From assembly GCF_964355755.1 (NCBI RefSeq), contig NC_092677.1, forward strand, positions 11,678,101-11,742,100: a stretch of 64,000 nucleotides of DNA, written 5' to 3'. The notes under the pieces are model-generated. The model was not told the origin of the DNA and ran no database searches. It worked only from the letters and a program-made list of their open reading frames with translations. The position numbers and the translations under genes were made by a program. Below are positions 33,401 through 46,204 of the stretch, piece by piece. The stretch is from Antedon mediterranea. Its lineage: Eukaryota > Animalia > Echinodermata. Position 1 is the stretch's first letter. The number at the start of each line of letters is the position of its first letter.

Positions 33401-36400
33401 ACACGATCACTCATTGCTTTAGTTTTATTTCAAAATACTTTAAATATTTGTACAACATATATAGCGGGTTCAAAAATAATAAGTAGTATCAATGAAACAT
33501 TATATTACTTCTGAGACTTTTGAAAGTAATTATTAAATTAAACATATTATTAATTAAAATGATTCTAATGATCGTCGCTATGTAAACAAACAAAATAGAG
33601 GGCGACATTTACAATTTTATTTTATAAACCCCGGAGTTGCTAGGTTGGTGTGAAAGGGGTATCTCCGGAGTTTCTCGACGTTTTGAATGGTCATAAACCC
33701 CAGGGTGTCTCCGGAGACACTCCGGAGTTTTGGTGTGAAAGGGGTATTATTCTTATCTTGTCCAGTGGCTTAACACAGGGCCAAAGGCCCTTGTTTAGAG
33801 CTCCTAAGGGGCCCTCCAACACTGGGTAGTTGCATTGAGGTTTCTCATACTAGGCCGCAATATGCAACAAAAGCGTATTGACCAATGACAAGCGTCAGTT
33901 TGAGTAATCCATCGCTTGTGATTGGTCAACTCACTTAAGTTGCGTTACGTCCTTGTGTTGCGTCTCTAGTGGAAACCAAGCATTAAGCTCGGAGTTTAGC
34001 CAATGAGTGCTTTTAGCCTTTACACCGTTGACCTCGTCCGAACAACCCAGCCAAATACATGTGATTTTTTGACTTGTGTTCAGGTTTGATTGACAACTTC
34101 TTGACAATAGCTATTGATGAATTGGATCAAGATTTCCTCATTATAGCCCTGTTGTTAGCCAGACAAGCTGCTGCAGAAGGACCTCAAATCTTTACATCAT
34201 ACCCACAGTGGTTTAAGGTTTGAGCATTATTAAAAGATCAAATTCTAAACTAAAAAAAATTGAACCTCATGTCAGTTTCTTGCAGAAAAAAGTATTATAT
34301 AATACATATTAATATATATTAATCAAAGGAACAATCAATTTTATGTAGAAAATACTATTATTATTATGAATAATCACCCCGTTATCTATTTTAAGTCATT
34401 AAAAACCAGTAAAATTCTCTTACAACATTTTTGGGTTCATACTAATCTACAGCCGGCAATACATGCTAACATTATGTCTAATGTTTTTGTGATATTTAAT
34501 TGTACGTTTTATACATTTTTAATGTAAACAACTGTCAAAATACTGATTAGGTTAAAAAAAGTTACTTCTATATGATCCAATATAGTGTCAAGTTTGTAAG
34601 ATTATATCGGTAATTACATTTCCAGAGAACTTGACGTTTCGCCTACTAACAGCAAGGCATAATCATAAGTGAATACGTTCTGGTGACGTAGCGGTGACGT
34701 TACGGTGACACGGTTGAAAGGAGCCATTGTGAAGTTTACCGCTTGGAGTTATCCTAGCGGGATGTGCGGGGGTTGGTCTCTTTACGTTTTAGAATGTTAT
34801 CGTAAATGTGCGATAGTTCATATGCTCCTTCATCTCTATTAATTAATGAATTATAACATTCTAAAACGTAAAGAGACCGACCCCCGCACATCCCGCTTGG
34901 ATAACTCCAAGCGGTAAACTTCACAATGGCTCCTTTCAACCGTTACGTCACCGCTACGTCACCAGAACGTATTGACTTATGATTATGCCTTGCTGTTAGT
35001 AGGCGAAACGTCAAGTTCTCTGGAAATGTAAGTACCGATATCATCTTACAAACTTGACACTATATTGGATCATATAGAAGTAACTTTTTTTTTTCACATT
35101 ACATTATCAGATCCAAATGAACTTATTTAATACTGATTAGGTTTATTTCGAAACTGAAGACTGCCATATGTGTGATAAGTGATGTTTTGCATTTGAAGCT
35201 AATGATTGACGTGTTTAGAAATAAAAGTTTAACTGATTTTAACTTGTTTAGTATGGCACCTGCGTCACCTTTTTGTTTTCATGACACTTGTTCTGATTAA
35301 TATCGAAACAATGTTTTTTGCTGTATCATACAGGACACCTTTGGTGATGGTAGTGTCTACATTACTTCTAAAAAATCCTTCATGTTTTTGATAAAGATTT
35401 TGACATCGATTGTACCATTTGAGCCTGCTTACACCCTAAAGGTTAGTAAACATGAATTTTATTTGACCTTTGACATTGTATGACCTCTTGTGACAAGCAA
35501 TATTTATAAAATCATCAAGGTCGCACTCTAGTCCTCAATATATTTACATTATAGCTACACTCAGAATGGAGTTCGGAACTTTAAAAAGGCCCCTGAATTT
35601 CCACTGGCATTTGTGCAGCTGGAAAGGTTACTCTCTGTAAATAAAGTTGAAATTAAAAAAAAAAAAAATCAAAGGAACAGCTTATAGTTCATAGTTCAAT
35701 TTATAAAAATTGCAACGTACCGGATTACTGTGCTATGAATTGAAACTAAACATGTGCAAGATTTATTAGTTATTGTTGTAAATCTGTCACTCTCTTTTAG
35801 GCACATATTCAAAAGCCACCACAGACCTTTGCTAAGTGTCAAGACCTTCTATGCGACTACGTCTTGTTAGCTAAAACAAGGCTTGCAGATCTTAAGGTAT
35901 TGCATCACTGTATTTTCTTACATCTTAAGTCCTGTAAACTCTAAGCATGTTATAAAGCTCTGTCTACACTATCAAACTAGTTTGACAAAAAAGTGTGATG
36001 TGCCCAAATATGGTAGTGATATGGCAAAATATGGTAGTGATATGACATCATCCTGTCCGTATATGGTATAAATTTGTAATAGATAATAATTGCATTGTAT
36101 AATGGAGGCAGTGCTTTTCTTTCATTTAGGAAACATTGGAACAGTCCGACACGAGTGAATCTAAAGAATTGAAAACAAAAGAGGTTTGTTTAATATTTAT
36201 ACAAAAAGCCTTCAAATATTTAGAGAAGAGGAAGAAAAACTATAAAATCAATAGAAAAACATTATGAATACATAATTTTTACTTATTTATTAATTATTTC
36301 ATCAATTTATTACTAATTCTATACAGCATAAGAAGTACAGTGTAGCAAAAATATCTTGCAAGCTGATTTATGCCATGATAAATTAAATAACTACACCAAA

Positions 36401-39400
36401 TGTGTATAAAAAGTACAATAGGTACACTCGAAATGTCAATAATATACAAATTTTTTACAGTTACACAAACAAGCCGAAGCAGATGTTGAACAAGCCATTG
36501 GCGTGTTTGAGGCCACCAATCAGATTCCTCATAGTATTATTCAAGCAAGGTATGTATTGTATGTCTTTGGTTGATTGCTTTCTGTTTCTCTTTTTCGTCA
36601 CCCCACAACTTTCATGAACACGTTTTAATTGTTTGTATATGTTAATTGATATTGGTCATTATGTTTTTTTCTTGATAGCATTTTCAAGTACCCCTATTTT
36701 ATGGGTCGGTTTCTACCAGTTCTGTTAACACCACGAATGGTAAGCATTTTTTTTTACTGTTAACTCTTTATAAGTTATATAGCGGATGTATTGACTTGCA
36801 TACTGTTTGTATAGTGTGCTGGATACAACCTTCTAAAAATTATATTTTAATTCCAGTTACCCGATGTTCCAGATTCAAGGATGAAATTGATAGAAATGTT
36901 GAAAGAGTAAGTAGTTCATTTTTTATAAGACTTTGTTTCAGTTAACTTGACTCAAAATTTGGGGGAAAAATGTATGTGCCCTTCGTTCTGGGATTTTCTT
37001 TTTCATTTAATTTTCTGAAATACATTTAATAGAAATGTTTGGCCACATCGCTTTTTTCAAACTATCTAATTTAATTTTTTCTGTTTTTAATTTTAAGTCT
37101 AGGAAAGATCCCAGTTAAAATGATGGAAAAATATAAAAAGGCTTGTGATAAGGAACTCAATTCTCTACTGGAAGGTACAGTTATTTTCGTTTCTTCTAAA
37201 AATCAAATCTAATTTTACAAGTGTACTGTATTACAGTCACATTCTACAATGACAATGAACTCATTTGTTGAAATTTTCTGGTTAATGTACATAAGTCCAA
37301 TTAAGCAATAATCTACAGAAATATCTAATAAATTTACTCTCGTTTGTATTGTTATCGTATTTTTAAATAATTATTATAAGGTTGTCAGTAAAGAGGAGTA
37401 CTTTTGATAAATCATGTAGACAGAGGAATGATAAATTCAAATTATTATGTTTTTTTCATTTTTAGGTATTGATATGGAGGAGGATGACTGTGAAATGTTT
37501 GAGCCTATGGACGCACTTAAACAAAGTTTGGACAATTTAGTAAAAGCAAATAAAGAAAGTAAGAAAAGAAATAAGCATTTTGGCATCTTGTTTTTGCAAG
37601 TTTATTTTGAATTAATAGTAAGTAATGTAAATAATAGTTGATAATGGGTGTAACGATAATGATGTTAAAGATGTGTATGATGCCAGCGGTGGTGTAACAC
37701 AGAGAGCAAAGCAGTTGTAGTAGTTGTATTGGTGATGCTTATGCTCTTAAGCTTTGAAGTCCCTGGATTTAGCCACTGAGCGCTCATATCTATTACCCTG
37801 CTGGATGACAGAGGTTTTTGAAGTAGATGATTTGATTTGTAGGCATGGTTGAATTAATTCTAGAATTAGTGGTAGTAGAGATTAGGCAGATTTTTATTAT
37901 ATGTGCGCTTTTCTGTTCTACAGGTTTTAACCGTCATCTTGCAATTATATCAGAAAGACTTCAAACTGTTCTCTGTAGTGAACTCACACCCTCTGACCTT
38001 TCAACTACAGATGAACTTTTGACCCTTGACTTGCAAGCGCCTTCACTGACACAACTTCAAGTTGAGGTAATTTCAAACTTGTAGATACTAATAAATGTCA
38101 TTATTCATTTTTTATAATTTATGTATTTGTCTTTGGCAGTTTTATTAAAGAATTTTATTGAACCATATTGTAACATCCTGGTTCTTTTTAAATCTAATGT
38201 TTTTCAGGTGACAGAGGTACTATTAAATGGTTTTTGTAAAGCCTGCATGCAGAGGCCTGAAGTGTCTGTACATTGGGCAGACAATTTTGTATCGATGCTA
38301 AGCCAGTTTCAACCAGTTCTAAAATCATTGATGATAAGGCTATGTATAGTACTAACACATCAGGAGAGTCAACTACAGAAATCACATATTGGTCCTTTGT
38401 CTATTCTGTTAGTTAATATTCATCTTAAACAGGATTTTCTTCCTCTGGTAACCATAACAGGACATGGAAAGAGTAGTGAAACCAGTTGCGGCCAGTTTCT
38501 TCCGGTTTTAACCAGACTACTCAGCACCAACACAGGTGATAAGATGAAATTTATGTTGCAGCTTTCCTCTGGAATGATTCGGCATTTATTGGATCTAAAT
38601 AAATTAAGTGGACTCTCAACACAATTTTGTCTTCCGGATGTTTTAATTGAAAAGTTTTTATATCTAGTACCAAGACTGTACCCAGAGTCAAGATATGCAA
38701 ATGAAAATACTACTGATGATGAAATTGAACAGCTGTTTTTATCACATTACTTTAAAGAATATGTTGGAAGACACTCAATCAAGTTTGCGTTAAGTCAGTG
38801 GATAAGTAATGAGCTATCTGTACAGCCTCACCATGACTGCATCTCATATCTTGAACGAAAAGAATACTACAGATGGGTTGTAAACGAACAGTTTGGTGGG
38901 GATACTGAAATATGTTCATTGATTTTCACTGAACTAGTCGAATACAGTAAGAACTATGGAGTTCAATCAGGTCTGTATGTCCATAATGGATGCATCCATC
39001 ATCTTCGTGAGAAATCCAAAAGTGCAACAAGTCAAAATGGCAGCCAAGGTGAAATTCTACAACTACTTCAGGAAGTGTGCCAAACATTTGATTCCAGTAG
39101 ATTTGTAGAACCTGCTGACAATTTAGGCTGGATGATGGCTGCAATTCAGAAAAGATTGGGAGATTATAGGAATGACCCTCTTGAAGTTGCCTGCATTATG
39201 AATATTGTTACCAGCTTGCCAGCTCACTTACTGGTGACTAACACACCTGGCTACCCACTTGCTTCAAATACATTGAAAGCTTTCATTACCTTTATAAACG
39301 TCCAATTAGTAAGTTTAATCTAAATCATGTTTTTTTATGATTATTTAGATTTTTGTTACACACAAGCTTTCTGTTCAGTTATAACTTTTCTTTCAGACAG

Positions 39401-42400
39401 ACTTATTTGTAAGACTAGGAGAAATATGTAATAGGGAGCTTTTGACCTAGAAACATGCTAAGTACTCATGTCAAGTGATCTGTCTGTACCTAGTGTGTTG
39501 AGTGAGAAAGCACATCCCAACTCTCTGCATGATCAAAAATAAATTGGGATGACCTAGCACATCGAAAGCACCTCTTGTAACCAATTGACATTAGCTTTGT
39601 CAAAAATCTTCTTAATCTACCATTTTTTTGTGATTTTTTAAAACAGAGGCAAAATCTAATGGAAACCGCATATACCCTTCCTCTTCATATGACATTATAT
39701 TTTGCACGTGTAAGTAAATGTAAATTTCAGACTAATCTAACACAGACTAATATGTTCAAAGAACCAGTATTTATAGTACTAATAATTAAATAAGTAAAAA
39801 CAAATATTTAAAAAATAAAAATTGAAAAAAACAAATTGTAAAGAATATTTTCTAAAATACATAAATATTTCGAATATATTCCAGGTGCTTTGTCGTTTAA
39901 ATTCTACCTGTTTACATCAACTAAAGAAGGAATGTCTTTTATTAATGTCTTCATTATTGGTAAGTTTGTACATTTTACTTTTCACAAAACTTGTCTACAT
40001 AAAACAGCCAAAATTTGCCTTTCAAGTTGATCACTTTATTGTCATACTAATCAAGTATTTAATTTTGTGATTTAAAAGGTACATTCCAAGAAGCTTCCAA
40101 AGTTTTCCAGATCACAGAATTTTTCGGAACTGTTAAAGAATTTAAGGTTTTTGCAAGATCATGCAGCTGATGCAGTATCGTCGGATTCACACCCTCTGCA
40201 GTTTACGCTATCTCAAGATCAAGATCTGTGGTTGCTTTGTGTAGCATTATTTTCACTACAGAAACATAATCTTTATAAACAGTTACACAGACTTTTGAAC
40301 TCAAAGAAGGTGTGAAATGTACTGCATAAACAAATTCGGCTGGATACTATTGTCAAAATACTGTCTTTGAAGAAGCCTTACTTTTGATAAACATAAGTCA
40401 AGCCCATAGCCAGAGGGGTTCGAAAGAATTCCCCTTCCTTAAGTGCTCTTTTCAAAGTAATCGGCAGTAAATAAGCCCTCGGGGAAGAGTCCTGATGCCT
40501 AAACTAAATTTTAATTTCATGGCCAATATCGACTAGCCAGCAATTATTTTCATTTAGTAGTAGGTTAGACCTAAATGTATCTTTTCTTTAGTTGCTTACA
40601 CTTTTTATAGTCTAAATACTACAAGGCCATAGCGGGTTGTTCGCAGAAACCCCCTTTTTTCCTGTGTTTCCTTTTCAATTAAGTAAATAGGCCTAACTAG
40701 CCTAAATCCCCTGGCCATGAGTTTGAACTATGAGTAACACTAAGTGTTGTGCGCTCCCCTAGACTGTTTGTCGGCCTACAGTGACCAAATATTCCTTGAG
40801 CATCCAAACACTAACATACCACTTGTGTGTGTTTCCAAATACTACTAATCATGATTGGTTTAATTGCTATTCTAGGTTTTACAGTATTTATTTGAACTAT
40901 CAATTGCTGATGTGGCACATTCCATTTTTAATGAAGGGGTAGTTTCATCCTCTCTACAACTTGCTCAAAATATTCTGGAAATTCATCTTGAGAGTATGAA
41001 AATACTTACAGGTAAGTTACTCAATTAAAAAAACTGCGGTAACTTTAGCGTGTTTGAGGCAGCTTGCTAAATAAAAAATGTAGAAATACAGAACTGCAGT
41101 AAAATACATAAAGCTAATCAGTGAATGTTTCAATTGTTTGATTTTAGAGGATTCTATTCTTACAACTTGTGTTGCACCACAGACTGTTGTACAGCTTATG
41201 CCGATTGCATTATTCAGGTAAATTACTACTCTTGCCAATTTCCTATATGGTGGTACAGCATTTAGGGTAGAATTGTTTCAATGTATGCCTTAATATTGTC
41301 TGGAACTGGCATAGTAGAGCATATCCACAGTACAGCACACTATGAGACCATCCTGTTTTGAGTAGTAGACTATTAACATTTTCAAAAGCGTTGTCATGTA
41401 AACCTGCTCCAGGTCAAGACAGTAGGTCTACACAAGATGACATACAACAAGTTATAAAATAGGCAGCTCTTACAACTCGTACCTTCTCAAATGCCAGTCC
41501 TATCGCTTTACCATCCAGTCCTGCCTCACTCTACTAATTTCTATAGTACATAATCGGAAGCTTTAGATTTGCAACAACTGAGGATCTAAGAGTTATGCAT
41601 GTTGTCTCACATGGACCTAGAATCTGCCAAAACTATGCAGAGGAAGTGTGGGAAGAGAAGCACATACATGTCCTATCGTGCAATGACTTCCTAGCTCCCT
41701 ATTAATTACAGACAATCTTTTGCAGAGTTTATTTGAACGGATCAACATCATTTTGGAAGGATCAGGTAAATAAGCCAAGTGTTCTTCAAATTATACTGGT
41801 CCAACATCACAAATTAGTGAAGCTATACACCAGTGTGAATCAAGGACTCTTCAATGCAGCTAAAGTAAGATACATTCTGTAGTGACGTAACTCAATATTA
41901 ACCTCTTTTTTGCAGTATGAGTTGTTGTAAACAATCCTAATTAGCATCATGCATAATGCATACTTGTGGTTTGAAATCTTTGTTTACTTTCGCTTGTGAC
42001 GATTTTCCATACGAAATGTAATCAAATGAATTTACCTGTTAATTACGTAAACTTGTTATTTTTGGCTCGAATTTTCGACTTAAAGTGAATAACTTTAATA
42101 TTACTTTGATATGGCCAATATAAATTTAGAATATTTTGACCTTTATTTTTTGTGTTTCAAGGGACAATACATCTTACTTAGATAACATAAAATATAAAGT
42201 TGAAAATTGAGAGTAAACATTTGCACATATTTATTTGAACGAGAGTAACATTATTCTGTCATAATTCTATTTATCCTTAGGGAGTCTCATTGAATTTCAT
42301 GACCAGTTGCTTCAAGTTTGTCAAAGATTTAATATCAAAGAGTCATCATCTTATACTGCAGAGTTTGAATCCAGAAATTCTTCAGAATGCAACACCAGCG

Positions 42401-42433
42401 ATTCAAAGTGAAATTGTGAAATTATTATCGTAG
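27453..42433 (+). CDS. FANCA: Fanconi anemia group A protein, multi-exon (start and end less certain than the core)
   Basis: EVNWQALLSFISTFLV, LLARQAAAEGP..F.SY.QWFK, IVPFEP.Y.LKAHI..PP, DYVLLAKTRLADLK, DVEQAIGVFEATNQIP.SIIQASIF.YPYF..RFLPVLLTPR.LPDVPDSR all match recalled FANCA; AATAAA at about 42565. Confidence 0.9.
29900..30240 (-). mobile_element. 5'-truncated L2/CR1-group LINE (ORF2 C-terminus plus 3' tail)
   Basis: VPKTRTSTYGARAFAVAAPTLWNSLP..IK is the typical L2-clade ORF2 end. Confidence 0.8.
33220..33746. mobile_element. PIF/Harbinger-type non-autonomous element
   Basis: TIR tacccctttcacaccaaaa / ttttggtgtgaaaggggta, TTA on both sides, internal ctccggag and ggtgtgaaagg subrepeats. 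Confidence 0.82.
34629..34670 (-). ncRNA. Minimal hammerhead ribozyme motif, variant core (arm 1)
   Basis: Exact reverse complement of the motif at 34975-35016. Confidence 0.65.
34975..35016 (+). ncRNA. Minimal hammerhead ribozyme motif, variant core (arm 2)
   Basis: ACTT-ATGATTA-t-GCCT-tgctgttagt-AGGC-GAAA-CGTC-AAGT: stem I ACTT/AAGT, stem II GCCT/AGGC, palindromic ACGT stem III, GUC cleavage triplet. Confidence 0.65.
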
Positions 42434-43315
42434 TAAATTGTTACTGTGTTAACAAGTTTTTTATGGTTACAGAATTAGTAAACAACTTGAGGTAAAAATT
42501 ATATTAAATTGTTGTTACATTTATAATTTTACATTGTAATGTATTAGAAAAGAATAATCCTTCGAATAAAGATATTCTTTCAAAAACTGTTTAATCTTAA
42601 TTGATTTGTGTGACACGACACTTAATCGTAATTGACTTTTTTTTTAATGACTGAAGACCAAATAGTAGGTTTTTACTGGATAATAATGTGAAAACGTCAT
42701 TATTCATTTAAATGTATATAGAATTCGCGCTTGTAGTGAATATTTAAGTTGGTTCCGAGCTTTCTCAGGCGTATATATATAACTCCACGCGACGTACACT
42801 GTCACTGAATGATAACTCATACAAAAAGTATATTTAACTCAACTAGAACTTTTATTCCTTGTAACTCGATTAATACATCTTTCTACCACTACCAGTCAAG
42901 CCTTAATATTTTCTTTATCATCTTTCCGTTTATCTACTCTGATCTTATTCTCTCTTCTTTCACCTAATATCTATTACATTCTACTTTTATACTGGACATG
43001 CAAATTTTAGGCTTCAGAGGAGGATAACATTTTCCCTCCAAAAATTATACGATTTTGATTGGCTAATAATATAAGGCGGACCTGGTCTACAGCATCCTTA
43101 TCTAAACACAGAGAATCACAACATAAATAGTATGACATTTCCCTTTTTGGGAAAAAGATTGTGTCAATCTTTCCAAAAATTTAACATTTAAAACCATTTT
43201 ACTATAAACTATCTACAAATAACACCTCTATAATATAATTATGCACGGCTTAATCCATCTGCATTACCATTTAATGATCCTTTCTTGTAAATAACTTAAC
43301 TTATGAACTTGAAAT

Positions 43316-46204
43316 TCACAACCATACAAACAATAGAGAGAGGCACTCTTTTTCTGGCACAGAATATCTCTGCTCATGTACAGATAACTTTCTACTTAAG
43401 TACACAATGGGATAATCATTACCCTCACCATCTATTTGGCTCAGCACTGCACCTATGCCATAATTTGAGGCATCAGTTTGCAATATAAACATCTTATCAA
43501 AATTTGGGGCTTTTAATACATTATCATCAGTAAGTCGTTTCTTTAAAGTTACAAAGGCATTTTCACATTGTTCATTCCACTTAACGGTATTACTTTTACT
43601 CTTTAAAGTTAAATCAATCAATGGCTTAGCAATATCGGCATAGTTCTGTACAAATTTTCTGTAATAGCCAGTTAATCCGAGAAATGATCGGACTTGTTTC
43701 TTAGACAAAAGTCTGGGGAACTTTTCCACAGCCTCAACCTTATTAATCATGGGTCTAATTTCTCCATTACCAATCTTATGCCCCAGAAATTCTACCTGTG
43801 CATAGGCAATTTTACATTTCAAAGGCTTTGCTGTCAATCCAGCACTACTTAATCTTTCTAATACATCATTCAAATGAAAAATATGATCTTTCCAAGTTTG
43901 ACTATAAATACATATGTCATCTATATATGCCTTAGCATATCCCTTAGTACCTTGTAATACCTTATCCATTAATCTTTGGAAAGTACTAGAGCTATTTTGC
44001 ATACCAAATGGAAGTACATTGTAACAATACTGTCCAAATTGTGTAATAAATGCTGATTTGTCTTTGGTCTTAGGATCCAGAGGCACCTGGTAAAATCCTT
44101 TAGTTAGATCTAACGTAGTTATGTATATTGCGGATGATACCTCATCCAACATTTCGTCTATGCGAGGCATAACATAAGGGTCAAATTGTGTAGTCTTATT
44201 TAGTGATCTAAAATCTGTCACCATTCTAATTTGATTCTGGCCTTTCTTCAGGGCAATAATAGGTGCAGCATAGGCACTAACTGTAGGTTCTATTATACCC
44301 ATAGCCAACATACTATCTAATTCCTCTTTCAATTTACCCTTTAATGCTTGGGGCGTTCTATATGCCCTATGCCTTATAGGCATTTCACCATTAGTCTTAA
44401 TTTCATGTGTCACCAAGTGACTTCTACCTGGTACATCTGAGAATACATTCTGTTGATACTTTAACAATTCTGTTAATTGTTTAGTTTGAGTATCATTTAA
44501 ATTACTACTAACGTTAACATCTCTCCATGTTTGTGATTGATGATAAGACAATCCTATGTCTATTTCACTATCTAACTCATTGTCATGGACTGTTTCATTT
44601 AAGTCTACTTCTTCTATCGACTGAACATTTGTTACTACATAATAACCATCTTTACTTATTTCTACTTTATCATACCATCTCTTTAACATATTAACATGTA
44701 GAATTTGTTTTTCTTTTCTTCTACCTCCTATGTATATTTCATAATTTACATCATTGACCTTTTTTGTAACAGTAAAGGGGCCTTGCCATTTACTGTCTAA
44801 CTTACTATTTCCTACTGGAAGGAATGTCAACACTTTGTCCCCTTCTACAAATTCTCTATCAATAGCATTCTTGTTATAATTGTGGGACATAATTTCTTGT
44901 TGTTCAAGTTTGTTTACATTAGCATCTTTCATTAATTCCTCCATTTTTTCTCTTATGTCTAACATGTATTTGATAACATCAGTAGATGTTTCTTCATCTT
45001 CTACCCAATTACTTTTGAGTAAACTCAAGGGTCCCCTCACCTCTCTACCATAAAGCAATTTAAAAGGTGAATGGCCCGTCGCTTTACTAGGAACTTCTCT
45101 GTATGCAAACAGAAAGGGGGGTATGTAGTTATCCCAATTTTTTCTTTGCTTAACTGTAAGTGTCCTTATCATATTTTTCAATGTACCGTGAAATCTTTCA
45201 ACAAGCCCATTGCTTTGGGGGTGGTACACTGTAGTCTTTAATTGATTAATCCCCAACATACTACATATAGATTGCATAATTGAAGACATGAAATTAGTTC
45301 CTTGATCATGTACAATCTCTTCGGGTAATCCTACTCTAGTAAAGACTTCTATTAGAGCCCTGGCTACTGTTTCAGCTCTAACATTGGGTAACGGGATAGC
45401 ATCCGGATATCTCGTAGCATAGTCAATTATAGTAAGCATATATTTGTTATTACGGCTTGTTCTAGATAAGGGTCCAACAATGTCTATCGCTATACGTTTA
45501 AATGGTGTACTTATAATCGGTAATGGTATCAAAGTATGTTTCCTTTTACTTTTACCCTTATCTACCTTTTGGCATTCCTTACAGACTTTACAATAGACTA
45601 CCACATCTTTAATTATACCTGGCCAATAGAATTGGTTCAGGACCCTACTTTTAGTTTTCTCAACACCCATGTGACCTGCAAATGGCACATTATGACCTAA
45701 GTGTAATACACCCTGTCTACACTGAGTGGGTAATACAATCTGTTCCACTTGGTTATTCTTATCTTTAATACTACTCCAATTTCTCATCAATATACCTTGT
45801 CTCATAAAGAAACATACCCTATGCTGACCTATTTCTTCTATAGGGACTACCCTGTCAAACACTCCTTTGAGTGAGTCATCATTTGTTTGCAATTTGATCA
45901 GTTCTTGTTTAGTTAGGTTCAGCTTGTGCTGTTGTTCATAAGTTTTATGTTTGACTGTTTTATCTTTAGCTTTATCCTCATTTTCGTCAAACAAATTATT
46001 CATTTCTGTTCCATTCATATCATCTAAACACTTAGTTTTATTTACTTTGTTGTCATTCACTACTGTTTTCAACAATTGTACATTAGTTTCTTTAGGCGGC
46101 TCTTCTATCGGCTTAAAGTTACTATCTTTCCCTAACAATATCATTTCGTCTTGTATTCTAACATCATTTTCTATTCTGGCTTGCTCCCTAGTTAGGACGA
46201 ACAT
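43316..46204 (-). CDS. Pol: integrase (HHCC, DDE, GPF) - reverse transcriptase - damaged RNase H
   Basis: GHNVPFAGHMG..C..C, IAIDIVGP, DQGTNF, SNGLVERF, WQGPF, then LDLTKGFYQ, YIDD, LQTDAS..GIGAVL; frame breaks after EKECL. Confidence 0.92.
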   Translation of the reverse strand: MFVLTREQARIENDVRIQDEMILLGKDSNFKPIEEPPKETNVQLLKTVVNDNKVNKTKCLDDMNGTEMNNLFDENEDKAKDKTVKHKTYEQQHKLNLTKQELIKLQTNDDSLKGVFDRVVPIEEIGQHRVCFFMRQGILMRNWSSIKDKNNQVEQIVLPTQCRQGVLHLGHNVPFAGHMGVEKTKSRVLNQFYWPGIIKDVVVYCKVCKECQKVDKGKSKRKHTLIPLPIISTPFKRIAIDIVGPLSRTSRNNKYMLTIIDYATRYPDAIPLPNVRAETVARALIEVFTRVGLPEEIVHDQGTNFMSSIMQSICSMLGINQLKTTVYHPQSNGLVERFHGTLKNMIRTLTVKQRKNWDNYIPPFLFAYREVPSKATGHSPFKLLYGREVRGPLSLLKSNWVEDEETSTDVIKYMLDIREKMEELMKDANVNKLEQQEIMSHNYNKNAIDREFVEGDKVLTFLPVGNSKLDSKWQGPFTVTKKVNDVNYEIYIGGRRKEKQILHVNMLKRWYDKVEISKDGYYVVTNVQSIEEVDLNETVHDNELDSEIDIGLSYHQSQTWRDVNVSSNLNDTQTKQLTELLKYQQNVFSDVPGRSHLVTHEIKTNGEMPIRHRAYRTPQALKGKLKEELDSMLAMGIIEPTVSAYAAPIIALKKGQNQIRMVTDFRSLNKTTQFDPYVMPRIDEMLDEVSSAIYITTLDLTKGFYQVPLDPKTKDKSAFITQFGQYCYNVLPFGMQNSSSTFQRLMDKVLQGTKGYAKAYIDDICIYSQTWKDHIFHLNDVLERLSSAGLTAKPLKCKIAYAQVEFLGHKIGNGEIRPMINKVEAVEKFPRLLSKKQVRSFLGLTGYYRKFVQNYADIAKPLIDLTLKSKSNTVKWNEQCENAFVTLKKRLTDDNVLKAPNFDKMFILQTDASNYGIGAVLSQIDGEGNDYPIVYLSRKLSVHEQRYSVPEKECLSLLFVWL

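Larger units (their letters stand above)
34554..35128. mobile_element. Truncated Penelope-like retroelement with inverted pseudo-LTRs in a FANCA intron
   Basis: Inverted arms of about 240 bp (34554-34800 / 34853-35094); the minus strand across the spacer reads INRDEGAYELSHIYDNIL (typical PLE GIY-YIG C-terminus); 15-bp direct repeat aatactgattaggtt flanks it. Confidence 0.82.
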
